Of a stretch of 64,000 nucleotides of DNA, positions 46,877-57,108 are shown piece by piece. The notes under the pieces were generated by a model. The model made no database searches, was not told where the DNA came from, and worked only from the letters and a program-made list of their open reading frames with translations. This stretch comes from Clostridiales bacterium (GTDB taxonomy: Bacteria > Bacillota > Clostridia > Lachnospirales > Lachnospiraceae): the NCBI GenBank assembly GCA_021204045.1, contig JAJQAA010000019.1, positions 24,125 to 88,124 of the forward strand. Reading direction: 5' to 3'. The position numbers were made by a program, and so were the translations under genes. How positions within the stretch are numbered: position 1 is the first letter of the stretch; each line of letters starts with the position of its first letter.

Positions 46877-47302
46877 TTATTTGTTCATCGGTTCGTTATC
46901 CGGTTCGCCGGTTTCATCCTCCAGGCGTCCATGCTTCTCATACGAGGCAACGCGCGTCAGTCGGTTCTTTTCATCCACGAGCACAACACGCGGCGCGTAT
47001 CCGCCCTGAATCTCCTCCGGCGTAAGAAACGCGTAGGCCATGATAATGACCTTGTCGCCGCTGCAGGCGCAGCGGGCCGCCGCGCCGTTTAAGCAGATAA
47101 TGCCGCTGCCGCGCGCACCTGCAATCGTGTAGGTCTCAAAGCGACTTCCATTGTCCACGTCCACGACATGCACCTTTTCATATTCATAAATCCCGGCCGC
47201 GTCCAGCAGATCCGCGTCCACGGTAATCGACCCGACGTAGTCCAGCCTTGCCTCGGTCACGCTGGCGCGATGGATTTTCCCTTTCAGCATCTCAATTGTC
47301 AT
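46877..47302 (-). CDS. panD: Aspartate 1-decarboxylase
   Basis: [25 protein letters not shown] contains the self-cleaving G-S site. 141 aa, with a short C-terminal extension. Confidence 0.9.
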   Translation of the reverse strand: MTIEMLKGKIHRASVTEARLDYVGSITVDADLLDAAGIYEYEKVHVVDVDNGSRFETYTIAGARGSGIICLNGAAARCACSGDKVIIMAYAFLTPEEIQGGYAPRVVLVDEKNRLTRVASYEKHGRLEDETGEPDNEPMNK

Positions 47303-47318
47303 TCTGTCTCCATTCCGA

Positions 47319-48167
47319 TTATAGCTTCACCGAAAAATTATCGATCAGCCGCGTTTTTCCGATGTACACCGCCATGGCGATGAGCACGTCGTTCTCGATC
47401 TCATGCACGGGCAGCATCGTCATACCGTCGACCGCCGACACATAATCGATGCGCGCCAGCGGCTCTTTCGCGATATGGGCGCTCATGGCCGCGACCACAC
47501 GGTCCGCGTCCCGCTCGCCCTCCGCGACCAAACGCTGTCCCAGGAAAACGGCCTGTGACAGCACAAGCGCGGCTTTCCGCTCCGCCTCGTTCAGGTAAGT
47601 GTTACGCGAGGATTTGGCAAGGCCGTCGCTTTCCCGGATGATCGGGCAGCCGACGATCGTAATCCCCATTGAGAGGTCCGTCACCATGCGGCGGATAATC
47701 GCGAGCTGCTGCGCATCCTTCTGTCCAAAAAACGCCTTATCCGGCTCAACAATATGAAACAGCTTGCTTACCACCGTGCAGACGCCGCGGAAATGAATCG
47801 GCCGGGTTTTCCCGCACAGCTGCTTGGGCATCTCCGATTGAATTTCCACATAAGTCGCGAAACCGTCCGGATACATTTCCTCCACGGACGGATGAAAAAC
47901 CAGATCACATCCCTTCGTTTCCAGCAGCGCGCAGTCATGTTCAAAGTCGCGCGGATAGGTCTCCAGATCCTCATTCGGCCCAAACTGCGTGGGATTGACA
48001 AAAACAGAGGACACCGTACGATCACACTGCCGCACACTCTCCTCCACCAGGCTGGCATGGCCCTCGTGCAGATATCCCATCGTCGGCACCAGGCCGACGC
48101 TCAAACCTTCCCGTTTCCAGGCTCGTACCTGGTCGCGCACTTCCTGTATTGTCTCCGCAATTATCAT
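47319..48167 (-). CDS. panC: Pantoate-beta-alanine ligase
   Basis: [14 protein letters not shown] and FVNPTQF motifs. Confidence 0.9.
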   Translation of the reverse strand: MIIAETIQEVRDQVRAWKREGLSVGLVPTMGYLHEGHASLVEESVRQCDRTVSSVFVNPTQFGPNEDLETYPRDFEHDCALLETKGCDLVFHPSVEEMYPDGFATYVEIQSEMPKQLCGKTRPIHFRGVCTVVSKLFHIVEPDKAFFGQKDAQQLAIIRRMVTDLSMGITIVGCPIIRESDGLAKSSRNTYLNEAERKAALVLSQAVFLGQRLVAEGERDADRVVAAMSAHIAKEPLARIDYVSAVDGMTMLPVHEIENDVLIAMAVYIGKTRLIDNFSVKL

Positions 48168-48173
48168 TTTCTA

Positions 48174-49028
48174 TCACTCCTTCCCCAGAGTCTGCTCAAG
48201 CGTCGCCAGATATTCGTCGCTGCAGTCCGATTTTACAAAGCTGTGGCAGTCCTGCGGGAACGTCCCCTCCTGGACTTCACGGATATAATCCTTCACGCCG
48301 TCGATCATCAGCTGTCCCACATCGGCAAATTTCTTTGCGAATCTCGGGGTAAATCCAAGATTCATCCCCAGCATATCCTGATACACCAGCACCTGGCCGT
48401 CGCACCCGGCTCCGGCGCCGATCCCGATCGTCGGGATCATGAGTTTTCTCGAAATCAATGCGGCCAGTTTGGGCGGCACGCATTCCAGTACCACGGAGAA
48501 CGCCCCGGCCTCCTGCACAATATAGGCGTCCTCGAGCAGCCGCTTCGCGGCCTCCTCGCCCTTACCCTGCACCTTAAAACCGCCGAACACATTGACGGAC
48601 TGCGGCGTCATGCCGATATGTGCCTGGACCGGAATCCCGGCGTCCGTGATCGCCCGGATCTGCTCCGCCACAGCCGCCCCGCCTTCCAGCTTCACCGCGT
48701 GTCCGCGCGCCTCCTTCATCAGATGTCCCGCGTTAAGCACCGCGTCCCGCACACCGGTCTGATAGGACATAAAGGGCATATCCATAATGACCAGGGTATC
48801 CGTGCAGGCCCGCGCCACCGCGGCGCTGTGATGGATCATATCCTCCAGCGTGACCGGCAAGGTGGTGTCGTACCCCAGCATGGTCATGCCCAGGGAATCC
48901 CCCACGAGGATCGCATTCACCCCGGCCGTCTCCATGATTTTCGCGGTAGAATAATCATAAGCCGTGATCTCCGTAATCCTCTGACCGTCCCGTTTCATCT
49001 GTAACAATGATGCAGCCGTGTTTTTCAT
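48174..49028 (-). CDS. panB: 3-methyl-2-oxobutanoate hydroxymethyltransferase
   Basis: AYDYSTAKI..., LVGDSLGMT and VKLEGG motifs. Confidence 0.9.
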   Translation of the reverse strand: MKNTAASLLQMKRDGQRITEITAYDYSTAKIMETAGVNAILVGDSLGMTMLGYDTTLPVTLEDMIHHSAAVARACTDTLVIMDMPFMSYQTGVRDAVLNAGHLMKEARGHAVKLEGGAAVAEQIRAITDAGIPVQAHIGMTPQSVNVFGGFKVQGKGEEAAKRLLEDAYIVQEAGAFSVVLECVPPKLAALISRKLMIPTIGIGAGAGCDGQVLVYQDMLGMNLGFTPRFAKKFADVGQLMIDGVKDYIREVQEGTFPQDCHSFVKSDCSDEYLATLEQTLGKE

Positions 49029-49879
49029 GATGTTTTCCTTTCCTCCGATAATAATTTCCGCATTTCACGGTAGTCCGTTTCCGGATGCTTTTTCTCCGCC
49101 AGATCTACAAGGGCAAGGCTCAGTGTCCGGTAAAGCTGCCCATCCTCCAGAGCATTCAGATGCTTACCCACCGTCGTGGTATCGCACCGCTCAACCGGAC
49201 CGGTAAGCGCCTTTACCGGACCGTCCTTAAGAAGATGCTCCAGATTGCTCCTCATAAGCGGCGCCAGCGCCTGTCTCGCAAGCTCCTCCGGGAAACCGCA
49301 GCCGGCAAGCAGCTTAAGGCTCTCCTGCATCAGGACGCACATAAAATTGCTCGCCGCGACACAGGCCGCGTGATAGCGTGCCCTGCCTTCCGGCGCAATG
49401 ACCTGCACCCTCGCGTCAAGGCCCTCCAGGAGCGGACCAAACGTCCGCAGCGCCTCCTCGTCCCCTTCGAGGCAAAAAAAAGCACCCATCAGTTCCCGCC
49501 AGGTCTCATACCTGCTACTGAACGGAAACAATGGATGAATGGAAATGCCGTGTCCTCCCGCGTCTGCGACGCCGGGGAAGGCGTCCGCGGAGGATAACAC
49601 ACCGCTGCAATGACATATGTATTTGTCTCGTATCTCAAACTGGCGAACCTCGGCGTAAACCGACGGGATCGCAGCGTCCGGAACGGTAATGAAAACGGCG
49701 TCACTTTCGTCTACCAGTGCCTTAATGCTTTCAAAATACCGGGAATCTGTAAAATCCGCGGCCTCTCTCGCGCTCTCCGGGCTCCGGCTGTAATAGCCAC
49801 TGACCGGGACGCCGCCCTGCGCAAACCATTTGCCCAGGGAAAAGCCGACCTTTCCTGCTCCAATCATGCCAATCTTCAT
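49025..49879 (-). CDS. Rossmann-fold / DUF2520-type oxidoreductase; candidate ketopantoate reductase of the pan operon
   Basis: ORF trimmed to [16 protein letters not shown] (GxGxxG). Its end overlaps the panB start by 4 nt. The function is inferred from operon position only. Confidence 0.65.
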   Translation of the reverse strand: MKIGMIGAGKVGFSLGKWFAQGGVPVSGYYSRSPESAREAADFTDSRYFESIKALVDESDAVFITVPDAAIPSVYAEVRQFEIRDKYICHCSGVLSSADAFPGVADAGGHGISIHPLFPFSSRYETWRELMGAFFCLEGDEEALRTFGPLLEGLDARVQVIAPEGRARYHAACVAASNFMCVLMQESLKLLAGCGFPEELARQALAPLMRSNLEHLLKDGPVKALTGPVERCDTTTVGKHLNALEDGQLYRTLSLALVDLAEKKHPETDYREMRKLLSEERKTS

Positions 49880-49985
49880 GTTGTCACCTGTCCTTTCGCC
49901 AGTGTGACGCATCATTGCCATGCCGGGTCTGAGATTACATAAACAGGTACGGTTTCCACACACGGGAATACCATCCATCACCAGA

Positions 49986-50014
49986 ACTATACCACCGAGG
50001 GTTGGGAGTGTCAA
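49986..50014 (-). promoter_or_regulatory. Promoter of the pan operon
   Basis: Minus strand reads TTGACA, 17 nt, TATAGT, immediately after the eda terminator. Confidence 0.55.
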
Positions 50015-50015
50015 G

Positions 50016-50040
50016 AAAAAGGCGCCTTGCGACGCCTTTT
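50016..50040 (-). terminator. Terminator downstream of eda
   Basis: AAAAGGCG-ccttgcga-CGCCTTTT, followed on the minus strand by TTTTTCTT. Confidence 0.55.
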
Positions 50041-50060
50041 CAAAAAGACAGACAGGGGCT

Positions 50061-50699
50061 CTAGTGCAGCTTCTCCACATACGCCGCCGCCAGCTTGCGG
50101 ATCCCCTCGTAGTCCCCGGCCGCGATCATCTTTTTATTCACGATATTTCCGCCGATCCCGACGCTGCACACGCCCGCCTCAAAAAACGAGCGGATGTTGT
50201 CGAGGTTCACGCCGCCCACCGCGGACAGCGGAATATAAAATAACGGCCCGCGCACCGCTTTGATAAACCCGGTGCCGAGATTGTCAGACGGAAATATTTT
50301 TACAATATCTGCGCCCCAGCGGTAACACTGCTCGATCTCCGTCGGCGTCATCGCGCCCGGCATCGCCACCAGGCCCAGGCGCTTGGTCTCCTCAATGACC
50401 TCACGGTTGGACGTCGGCGTAATGATGTATTCCGCGCCGGCTTCCTTCGCCGCCTGTACCTGCTCCACCGTCAGGACAGTGCCGGCTCCCACCAACACGC
50501 CCTCCGCGCCATAAGTTTCCTTCACCGCGCTGATTTTATCCGTTGTCCAGGACAATGGTTTTGTCTGGTCAAAGGGAATTTCCGACAGCCGGATGCCTCC
50601 GTCCCTGATTGCGCCGACAGTTTTTACCGTCTCTTCCAGCGTCAGTCCGCGCACGATCGCGATGATTTTTTCTTCCAGAATCCGTTCCAGAGTTCCCAT
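50061..50699 (-). CDS. eda: KDPG / 4-hydroxy-2-oxoglutarate aldolase
   Basis: Trimmed to MGTLERILEEKIIAIVRG. Motifs VGAGTVLT and PGAMTPTEI..GADIVKIFP. Confidence 0.8.
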   Translation of the reverse strand: MGTLERILEEKIIAIVRGLTLEETVKTVGAIRDGGIRLSEIPFDQTKPLSWTTDKISAVKETYGAEGVLVGAGTVLTVEQVQAAKEAGAEYIITPTSNREVIEETKRLGLVAMPGAMTPTEIEQCYRWGADIVKIFPSDNLGTGFIKAVRGPLFYIPLSAVGGVNLDNIRSFFEAGVCSVGIGGNIVNKKMIAAGDYEGIRKLAAAYVEKLH

Positions 50700-50831
50700 A
50701 ATTTTCCTCCGTATTCCAAACTGAATCACTTTGTTTTATTAATATCATAATACCGCTAAATCCGGCACAATTCCATAGTCAAATTTGGCTTTTCGTTCTA
50801 TCGTTCCCTCATTTTCTGAACCCGGCTGCCT

Positions 50832-51818
50832 CTATGCTCTCCGGTACGCCTCGCGAATTTTCAGCAGCCCGCGCAGGCTTAAGTTCTCGCTTTCCTCATA
50901 GGAAATCTCCCCGAGTGAAATTTCTCTGGCACGCTCTCCGAGGATCTCCTCTCTGCACAGCCGGAAGCTCTCGACAAACTCACGGCGTCCATAGAGCACG
51001 ATACGATCGACCCCATTGCCGAACATCCTCCGGAAGCCTTCCGCATCCGCCGCGAGGATCGCGCCATACAGATAAGAGAGCACCTGCGCCGGTTCCGCGT
51101 CCTCCAGCACCTGGCAGATGCGTCCAAGGAACAGCGCTCTCGTCAGGCCCTGCGCCTCACTGTTTGCAAATCCCTTGCGCACGAACTGTCCGTCCAGAGA
51201 GAATGCTTTGCCGCCTCCCAGCAGATCACCCACACCGCTTTTCAGAATCGTATCCTGAGTAACCGCCCAGAGCAGCTCTCCTCCAACCGTCGTCACGGAG
51301 TTTGTAATCGCGCCCTTCTCCACCAGCATCAGCTTGTTGTGCGAACCGAAATGCAGAAACGCAATATTTTTTTCCTCATCCCCGTCGCCAAGCGCGCCCA
51401 TCAGCTCCGTTTCCTCGCCGCGCATCATGTCCTTTCCGGATTCCGGCTGATCCAGGAAACGCACCCCCGGTACAAAATAAAAATCCACCGTCTCGCTGAT
51501 TTCCGGAAGCCGCACCTTTTTCACGGCTCCCACCAGCTTTTCAAAAGAAGCAGGCGCGTCGATATGCTTCAGCTCATAAAGTCCCTGACCGGAAGTGATC
51601 ATCCCCGACGAAAACACATCCGTAATATGGCAGTCATACTCCCTTTCCAGTTCAAGAAGCGTCTCTTTTACCGCGGAAAACAATGGTTTGTTGCCGGATT
51701 GCTCCGCAGCTCCCGCACCAGCCCGCTTCCCACAGCGGGTCAGCACCTCCCCCTCATGCATCAGAATAAAGCGGGTATTTGTCGTACCCCCGTCAATCAT
51801 TACATTACACTGTTTCAT
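50832..51818 (-). CDS. dgoK: 2-dehydro-3-deoxygalactonokinase-like sugar-acid kinase
   Basis: 328 aa. N-terminal VMIDGGTTNTRF (ASKHA phosphate-1-like). Adjacent to eda. The family assignment is moderate. Confidence 0.6.
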   Translation of the reverse strand: MKQCNVMIDGGTTNTRFILMHEGEVLTRCGKRAGAGAAEQSGNKPLFSAVKETLLELEREYDCHITDVFSSGMITSGQGLYELKHIDAPASFEKLVGAVKKVRLPEISETVDFYFVPGVRFLDQPESGKDMMRGEETELMGALGDGDEEKNIAFLHFGSHNKLMLVEKGAITNSVTTVGGELLWAVTQDTILKSGVGDLLGGGKAFSLDGQFVRKGFANSEAQGLTRALFLGRICQVLEDAEPAQVLSYLYGAILAADAEGFRRMFGNGVDRIVLYGRREFVESFRLCREEILGERAREISLGEISYEESENLSLRGLLKIREAYRRA

Positions 51819-51922
51819 GGCTCCCTCTTCCTTTTCGCTCAGCTGTTTTTCCGGCTGTCTTTACAGCTTTTCGGACATTTTCCGGCCGTTTCCGACTGTT
51901 TTTCTAACCTTCACCCGTAAGC

Positions 51923-53785
51923 CTACATCCGCTCCGGTGCCTCAAAACCGAGCACATCAATACATACCTCAAGCACGGCCTTCACCAGGGAGATCAGCGC
52001 GATCCAGCTTGCCTGGCGCGCCTTATCCTCCTGGGCCAGAATGCGGTTATCATGATAAAATCCATTAAAGGCATTGGAAAGCTCGTAAATATACTGGCAG
52101 AGCCTGTGCGGCGCCATCTCGGCAAACGCGGTCTCCATGACGTCGTTGTATTTTGCCAGCTGCAGCATCAGCGCTTTCTCACCGTCACCGGAAGGCGGAA
52201 GAATGCCGGATTTTTGGCCTGGCACAAAATCTTTTGCCATCTCCTGTTGGGCAGATTTTCCTCTTTCCGTCGACCCCTGCTGCGATACAGAGCTTCCCTC
52301 TATCTCCTGGGATGCGTACTTTGCCAGGATCGATTTGATCCGCACAATGGTATACAGAATATACGGCCCGGTGTTGCCCTCAAACGAGATAAAACGGTCA
52401 ATATCAAAAATGTAATCCTTCGCCGCCTGGTTGGAAAGGTCGCCGTATTTGAGCGCCGCAAGGCCGATGATCTTCGCGGTTTCCCGCGCTTCATCCTCAG
52501 CGACTGTGCGGTTTTCCATGATGCGCGCGTACACCGCCTCATTGATATCGGCAATCAGCCGCTCCAGACGCATCACGCCGCCGTCACGCGTCTTGAAAGG
52601 CTTGCCGTCCTTGCCGTTCATCGTGCCGAAGCCGATATGAACCATCGGCGTCTCTGGTTTCACATAGCCCGCTTTTTTGGCAACGCGGAAAACCTGCGTA
52701 AAATGCAGTTCCTGCCGCTTGTCGGCGACATAAATGTACTTTGCCGGCGCGAAATCCTTCTCGCGCTCCAGGATTGTCCCCAGATCGGAGGTCGCGTACA
52801 GAGCCGCGCCGTCCGATTTACGCACGATACAGGGCGGCAGCTCCTTGCTGTCCCCCGGCTCGGCGATATCCACAACCAGCGCGCCCTGGCTCTCATAGGC
52901 CAGCCCCTGATCCTGCAGATCCTGAATCAGTCCGGGAATGTAGGGTTGCGCGTCGCTCTCGCCCTTCCACAGATCGAAATGGACGTTTAAGTTCGCGTAA
53001 TTCTTTTTCAGATCCGCCAGGGAAACCGTCATAATATGCTTCCAGATCGCCGTAAAGGGCGCGTAACCGCTCTGCAGCAGGCCGGTCGCCGTCTGCGCGC
53101 GCTCCCGGAACACCTCGTCCGTCTTGGATTTGGCGCTCGCCGCCGGATAGATTTCCTCCAGCTCGCCGATCGTAAACGGCGGCTGGGACAGATATTCTCC
53201 ACTGTAGCTTTCATCAAAATAGGGCAACTCCGGCTTACGGTCGCGCAGCTCCTCGATGATCAGCCCCATCTGCAGGCCCCAGTCACCCAGATGCACGTCG
53301 CCGATCATATGCCAGCCCAGATAATTGCCCATCCGCCGGATGCTCTCGCCGATCACGGCCGAACGCAGGTGTCCGACATGCAAAGGCTTGGCCACGTTGG
53401 CGCCGCCGTAGTCAAGGATAATGTTCTCGCCATGGCCACTCTCCTCAAGCCCGAGCTTCGGTGAAATGCTCATCTCATTTAAATAGGCCGCCAGATATGC
53501 CGGGCTGATGCGCAGATTGATAAAGCCGGGCATCACCGCCTGTACCTCGCCAAACAGCGGCTGTGCCTCGCCCGCTCGCGTCTCATCCAAAGCCGCCGCC
53601 ACCGCCGTCGCGATCTCGATCGGTTTCTTTTTATATGCTTTCGCCGCCGCCATCGCACCGTTGCACTGGTATTCGCACAGGTCCGGGCGGTTGGACAGAA
53701 CCACCTTCGCGTACGCGCCGTCATAACCACAGAAAATAAACGCCTCCCGCATAGCGGCCGCGGCCAGATCCATTAATTTTTTCAC
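51923..53785 (-). CDS. argS: Arginine-tRNA ligase
   Basis: 620 aa. HIGH-type PLHVGHLRSAVIG. GTG start with an AAAGGAG RBS. TGATATAAT extended -10 upstream. Confidence 0.9.
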   Translation of the reverse strand: MKKLMDLAAAAMREAFIFCGYDGAYAKVVLSNRPDLCEYQCNGAMAAAKAYKKKPIEIATAVAAALDETRAGEAQPLFGEVQAVMPGFINLRISPAYLAAYLNEMSISPKLGLEESGHGENIILDYGGANVAKPLHVGHLRSAVIGESIRRMGNYLGWHMIGDVHLGDWGLQMGLIIEELRDRKPELPYFDESYSGEYLSQPPFTIGELEEIYPAASAKSKTDEVFRERAQTATGLLQSGYAPFTAIWKHIMTVSLADLKKNYANLNVHFDLWKGESDAQPYIPGLIQDLQDQGLAYESQGALVVDIAEPGDSKELPPCIVRKSDGAALYATSDLGTILEREKDFAPAKYIYVADKRQELHFTQVFRVAKKAGYVKPETPMVHIGFGTMNGKDGKPFKTRDGGVMRLERLIADINEAVYARIMENRTVAEDEARETAKIIGLAALKYGDLSNQAAKDYIFDIDRFISFEGNTGPYILYTIVRIKSILAKYASQEIEGSSVSQQGSTERGKSAQQEMAKDFVPGQKSGILPPSGDGEKALMLQLAKYNDVMETAFAEMAPHRLCQYIYELSNAFNGFYHDNRILAQEDKARQASWIALISLVKAVLEVCIDVLGFEAPERM

Positions 53786-53864
53786 CGCTGTAATCTCCTT
53801 TGCTGTTTCGATTATTCTATCTTTGCTATTATATCAATTTTCCGCAAAAAAGCAACCGGCAGCA

Positions 53865-53893
53865 TTGACAGCCCCGGCCAAATCCGTTATAAT
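53865..53893 (+). promoter_or_regulatory. Consensus promoter of the trpEG leader
   Basis: TTGACA, 17 nt, TATAAT. Confidence 0.65.
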
Positions 53894-53899
53894 GGACAA

Positions 53900-54242
53900 A
53901 ACTGTTGATCAGGAGTGAGTAGGCCTGTATTCCAAAGCACAGAGAGCTTCCGGCCGGTGTGAGGAAGCGTGAGGATACATCCCGAATGGACCTGTGAGGG
54001 CCTCCAGAAGCCGGTTCCCCGGTAGTATGGAGCGACGGATTCTCCCCGTTACCGGAGAGGACGCATGATGGTGCGTCGCAGAGTGGGCGATCCCGTTCCA
54101 GTTTGATGACAGCGCATCCGGCCAGAGTCTTATCGGCCCGATGCTTTTCTTTTCTGAGACGGACGCCAACCAGGGTGGTACCGCAGAAGCCAGAGCTTTT
54201 GTCCCTGTCGATGATTTATCGATGGAGACAGAAGCTTTTTTT
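53900..54242 (+). promoter_or_regulatory. T-box leader, tryptophan-specific
   Basis: Stem I elements AGTAGG, AGAGAG and GGTGTGAGG. Specifier context GAA-UGG-A (UGG at 53987..53989). T-box sequence AGGGTGGTACCGC (54172..54184). Terminator GCTTTTGTCCCTGTCGAT-gattt-ATCGATGGAGACAGAAGC followed by TTTTTTT (54195..54242). Confidence 0.8.
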
Positions 54243-54357
54243 GATGATACCAGGTTTTCAAGGTCAAGCAATGGATGCTTGCATCCAATTGCTTGACCTT
54301 GGAAACCGTAGTATCATCATCTTGCCCCCAACCAACATTTGAAAGGAGAACAACAAC

Positions 54358-55872
54358 ATGATGATTCCCAGCTGTGAAGAAATTCTGAATCTGGCGGACC
54401 GCTACGACATGATACCGGTCTGCAGCGAGGTGTACGCCGACGTCGTGACACCGATCACCCTGCTTCGCAGGATTGCGGAGCAGAGCAACCGCTTTTATCT
54501 TTTGGAAAGCATTGAGGGCGGCGAGAAATGGGGGCGCTATTCCTTTTTGGGCTACGATCCGGTCATGCATGTGACCTTAAAGGACGGGCACATGACTATC
54601 GACAGCCAACTCGCCGAATATCCCTCGCGGACGATCGAAACCCGGCAGCCCTACGACGTCCTGCGCGAGATCCTGGCGAAATTTCAATCCCCGCGTTTGA
54701 AAGGCCAACCGCCGTTCACCGGCGGATTCGTGGGATATTTCGCCTACGCAATGATCGAATACGCGGAACCGACCCTGCATATCAAACGAGGGGACGCCAA
54801 CGATATGGACCTGATGCTTTTTGACCGGGTCATCGCCTACGACCACCTCAAGCAGAAAATCGAGATCGTCGTAAATATGAAAACTGGTCGCACCATCGAC
54901 GCCAACGGGGAAATGCACACCTCCACGGAATTTCTCATGAATCAGTTCGGCAAGGCCTGCGCGGACATCGAGGCTGTGACCCGGTTGATCCAGGAGAACA
55001 CGCCGCTGCGCAGACTGGTCTCCAATGAAAAACCGCAATTTGTCTGCAGTGTCTCCAGGGAAGATTACTGCCGCACCGTCGAGAAGACAAAGGAATACAT
55101 TCTCGATGGGGATATCTTTCAGGCCGTGATCTCGCGGCAATTTACCAGCCCCTACAGTGGAAATCTTTTAAACGCCTACCGGGTGCTGCGCACAACCAAT
55201 CCTTCGCCCTACATGGTCTATATGAACATCGACGGAGACGAAATCATGTGCTCCTCCCCCGAGACCCTGATTCGTCTCGACAACGGGCGGCTGACTACCT
55301 TCCCGGTGGCCGGTTCCCGGCCGCGCGGCGCCAATGAGACGGAGGACCGCCGCCTGGAACAGGATCTGCTCGCGGATGAGAAGGAACTCGCGGAACACAA
55401 TATGCTCGTCGATCTGGGCAGAAATGATATCGGAAAAATCGCCGCTTTCGGCAGTGTCGAAGTGACAGAGTATCAGATGGTTCACCGTTATTCTAAAATT
55501 ATGCACATCTGCTCCCAGGTAGAGGGCGACATCCGTCCGGACTGCGACGGCTGCTCCGCCATCGAATCGCTCCTCCCGGCAGGAACGCTCTCTGGCGCGC
55601 CAAAGATCCGCGCCTGTGAGATCATCGAGGAACTGGAGCAGGTGCCGCGGGGCGTGTACGGCGGCGCACTCGGCTACCTGGACTTCACCGGCAACCTGGA
55701 TACCTGTATCGCCATCCGCATGGCTGTCAAGAAAAACGGCCTCGTCACCGTCCAGGCCGGCGGCGGTATCGTCGCCGACAGCGTGCCGGAAATGGAATAT
55801 CAGGAATCCGCAAACAAAGCCAGGGCCGTAATCCTGGCTATCGAAAACGCAGGGGAGGTAAATGACCGATGA
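54358..55872 (+). CDS. trpE: Anthranilate synthase component I
   Basis: 504 aa. Motifs LLESIEGGEKWGRYSF, PSPYMVY and GTLSGAPKIRA. Confidence 0.9.
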   Translation: MMIPSCEEILNLADRYDMIPVCSEVYADVVTPITLLRRIAEQSNRFYLLESIEGGEKWGRYSFLGYDPVMHVTLKDGHMTIDSQLAEYPSRTIETRQPYDVLREILAKFQSPRLKGQPPFTGGFVGYFAYAMIEYAEPTLHIKRGDANDMDLMLFDRVIAYDHLKQKIEIVVNMKTGRTIDANGEMHTSTEFLMNQFGKACADIEAVTRLIQENTPLRRLVSNEKPQFVCSVSREDYCRTVEKTKEYILDGDIFQAVISRQFTSPYSGNLLNAYRVLRTTNPSPYMVYMNIDGDEIMCSSPETLIRLDNGRLTTFPVAGSRPRGANETEDRRLEQDLLADEKELAEHNMLVDLGRNDIGKIAAFGSVEVTEYQMVHRYSKIMHICSQVEGDIRPDCDGCSAIESLLPAGTLSGAPKIRACEIIEELEQVPRGVYGGALGYLDFTGNLDTCIAIRMAVKKNGLVTVQAGGGIVADSVPEMEYQESANKARAVILAIENAGEVNDR

Positions 55873-56453
55873 TTCTTCTGATTGATAATTACGACAGCTT
55901 TTCCTATAACTTAGTGCAGCTGCTGGGAAGCATTAACCCGGATATCCGGGTCGCACGCAACGATCGGATCACGATCGAAGAGATCGAACAGCTCCATCCC
56001 AGCCATCTGGTACTCTCTCCAGGACCCGGCTATCCCGCAAACGCCGGGATCATCGAGGATGCGGTGCTCCGCCTCAGGGGGAAGCTTCCGATCCTCGGCG
56101 TGTGCCTGGGACATCAGGCAATCTGCGAGGCTTTCGGCGGTACAATCGCCCACGCGAAAAAGCTCATGCACGGAAAACAGAGCCTGATCGACATTCATAT
56201 CAGCGACCGGCCCTGTCCGCTATTTGCAGGGCTTCCGAACACCATCCCCGCGGCCAGATATCACTCGCTCGCGGCGGTTCCCGAAAGTCTCCCCGATGAG
56301 CTTGAGATAACCGCGCGCGACTGCGAGGCCGGAGAAATCATGGCCGTACAGCACCGGGACTTCCCGATCTACGGACTGCAGTTCCACCCGGAATCCATCC
56401 TGACGCCGGACGGGAACATCATCCTGCAGAATTTCCTCAGGCTCACTCTTTAA
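55869..56453 (+). CDS. trpG: Anthranilate synthase component II (glutamine amidotransferase)
   Basis: ILLIDNYDSFSYNLVQ, GVCLGHQAI and QFHPES motifs. Overlaps trpE by 4 nt. Confidence 0.85.
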   Translation: MILLIDNYDSFSYNLVQLLGSINPDIRVARNDRITIEEIEQLHPSHLVLSPGPGYPANAGIIEDAVLRLRGKLPILGVCLGHQAICEAFGGTIAHAKKLMHGKQSLIDIHISDRPCPLFAGLPNTIPAARYHSLAAVPESLPDELEITARDCEAGEIMAVQHRDFPIYGLQFHPESILTPDGNIILQNFLRLTL

Positions 56454-56471
56454 ATGGGCGAAAACTGCGGA

Positions 56472-56513
56472 GGATGTAAAATCCAGGAATGTAAAACCCG
56501 GAATGTAAAACCC
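56472..56513. repeat. Three tandem 14-bp repeats in the convergent trpG / chorismate-mutase intergenic region
   Basis: ggatgtaaaatcca, ggaatgtaaaaccc, ggaatgtaaaaccc. Confidence 0.85.
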
Positions 56514-56550
56514 AGAGCCACGAGCCTCCTGGATACGGAACTTAAATATA

Positions 56551-57108
56551 TTAACTCAGTGCCATGATGGCAAAATTCCCGGCTTCCTTACCCATCTGGC
56601 AAAGCAGACGGCGCATGCCTTCCGCTTTCAGGCTGCCGGAAAGCGTCATCACCACATTTTGTACGCCGTCCTCCGTCTTCAAAGACATTGTCTCGATGGG
56701 CACTTTGTTCAGCTTCGCCATATCGACAAACAGATTCAGGTCGCTGTCCGCGCCGTCACAGACAAAGCGGACCGTGACCTGGCTGTGCTCTTTCTTTTCA
56801 TCCAGACCCGCGGCGGCAAGCACATCGGCAATCACCTTATCCTGCATCCCTTTCAGCAGGCCGTACTGGTAACGGCGACTTAAATTCATCAGGCCGTGCA
56901 GAAACATCTCGTACTCGTCGTGCGCCTCCGTCACTCCCGCAGCACGCCGCTCAATGATCGAAATCTCCCGTTCAAGCACAAACACGTCTCCACCGGTCTG
57001 CGCTTTCGTCTCCGCCACATGCCGGGCGCATTCCATGCGTTTTAAAAACAGCAGCTTCATCTGAGCGTCGATCTCTTCTATTTGAGCACGAATTTCATCC
57101 AGAGTCAT
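56551..57108 (-). CDS. AroQ-type chorismate mutase with an extra ~100-aa C-terminal (possibly ACT-like) domain
   Basis: Trimmed to MTLDEIRAQIEEIDAQMKLLFLKRMECARHVAETK (GGAGGAG RBS). The N-terminal ~90 aa look like CM_2. Confidence 0.75.
   Translation of the reverse strand: MTLDEIRAQIEEIDAQMKLLFLKRMECARHVAETKAQTGGDVFVLEREISIIERRAAGVTEAHDEYEMFLHGLMNLSRRYQYGLLKGMQDKVIADVLAAAGLDEKKEHSQVTVRFVCDGADSDLNLFVDMAKLNKVPIETMSLKTEDGVQNVVMTLSGSLKAEGMRRLLCQMGKEAGNFAIMALS

Noticed and set aside
47754-49004. 416-aa plus-strand ORF. The same reasoning applies to 23283..24332 (+), 9264..10364 (-), 10531..11433 (-), 52052..52990 (+), 15968..16924 (+) and 36501..37277 (+).
   Set aside because: All are antisense shadows of well-supported genes (panC/panB, 2-hydroxyacid dehydrogenase, thiolase, ligase, argS, lpd/lplA, CbiK-like). 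Their composition is Arg/His-rich and they have no RBS.
51819-51922. Reiterated CGGAAA / CTGTTTTT-like strings between argS and dgoK
   Set aside because: The similarity is low-complexity only. There is no consistent unit length or phasing, so it is probably just promoter or spacer sequence.
53909-54271. 120-aa minus-strand ORF upstream of argS
   Set aside because: It lies antisense to the Trp T-box leader, whose conserved elements explain the sequence. argS has its own short leader.
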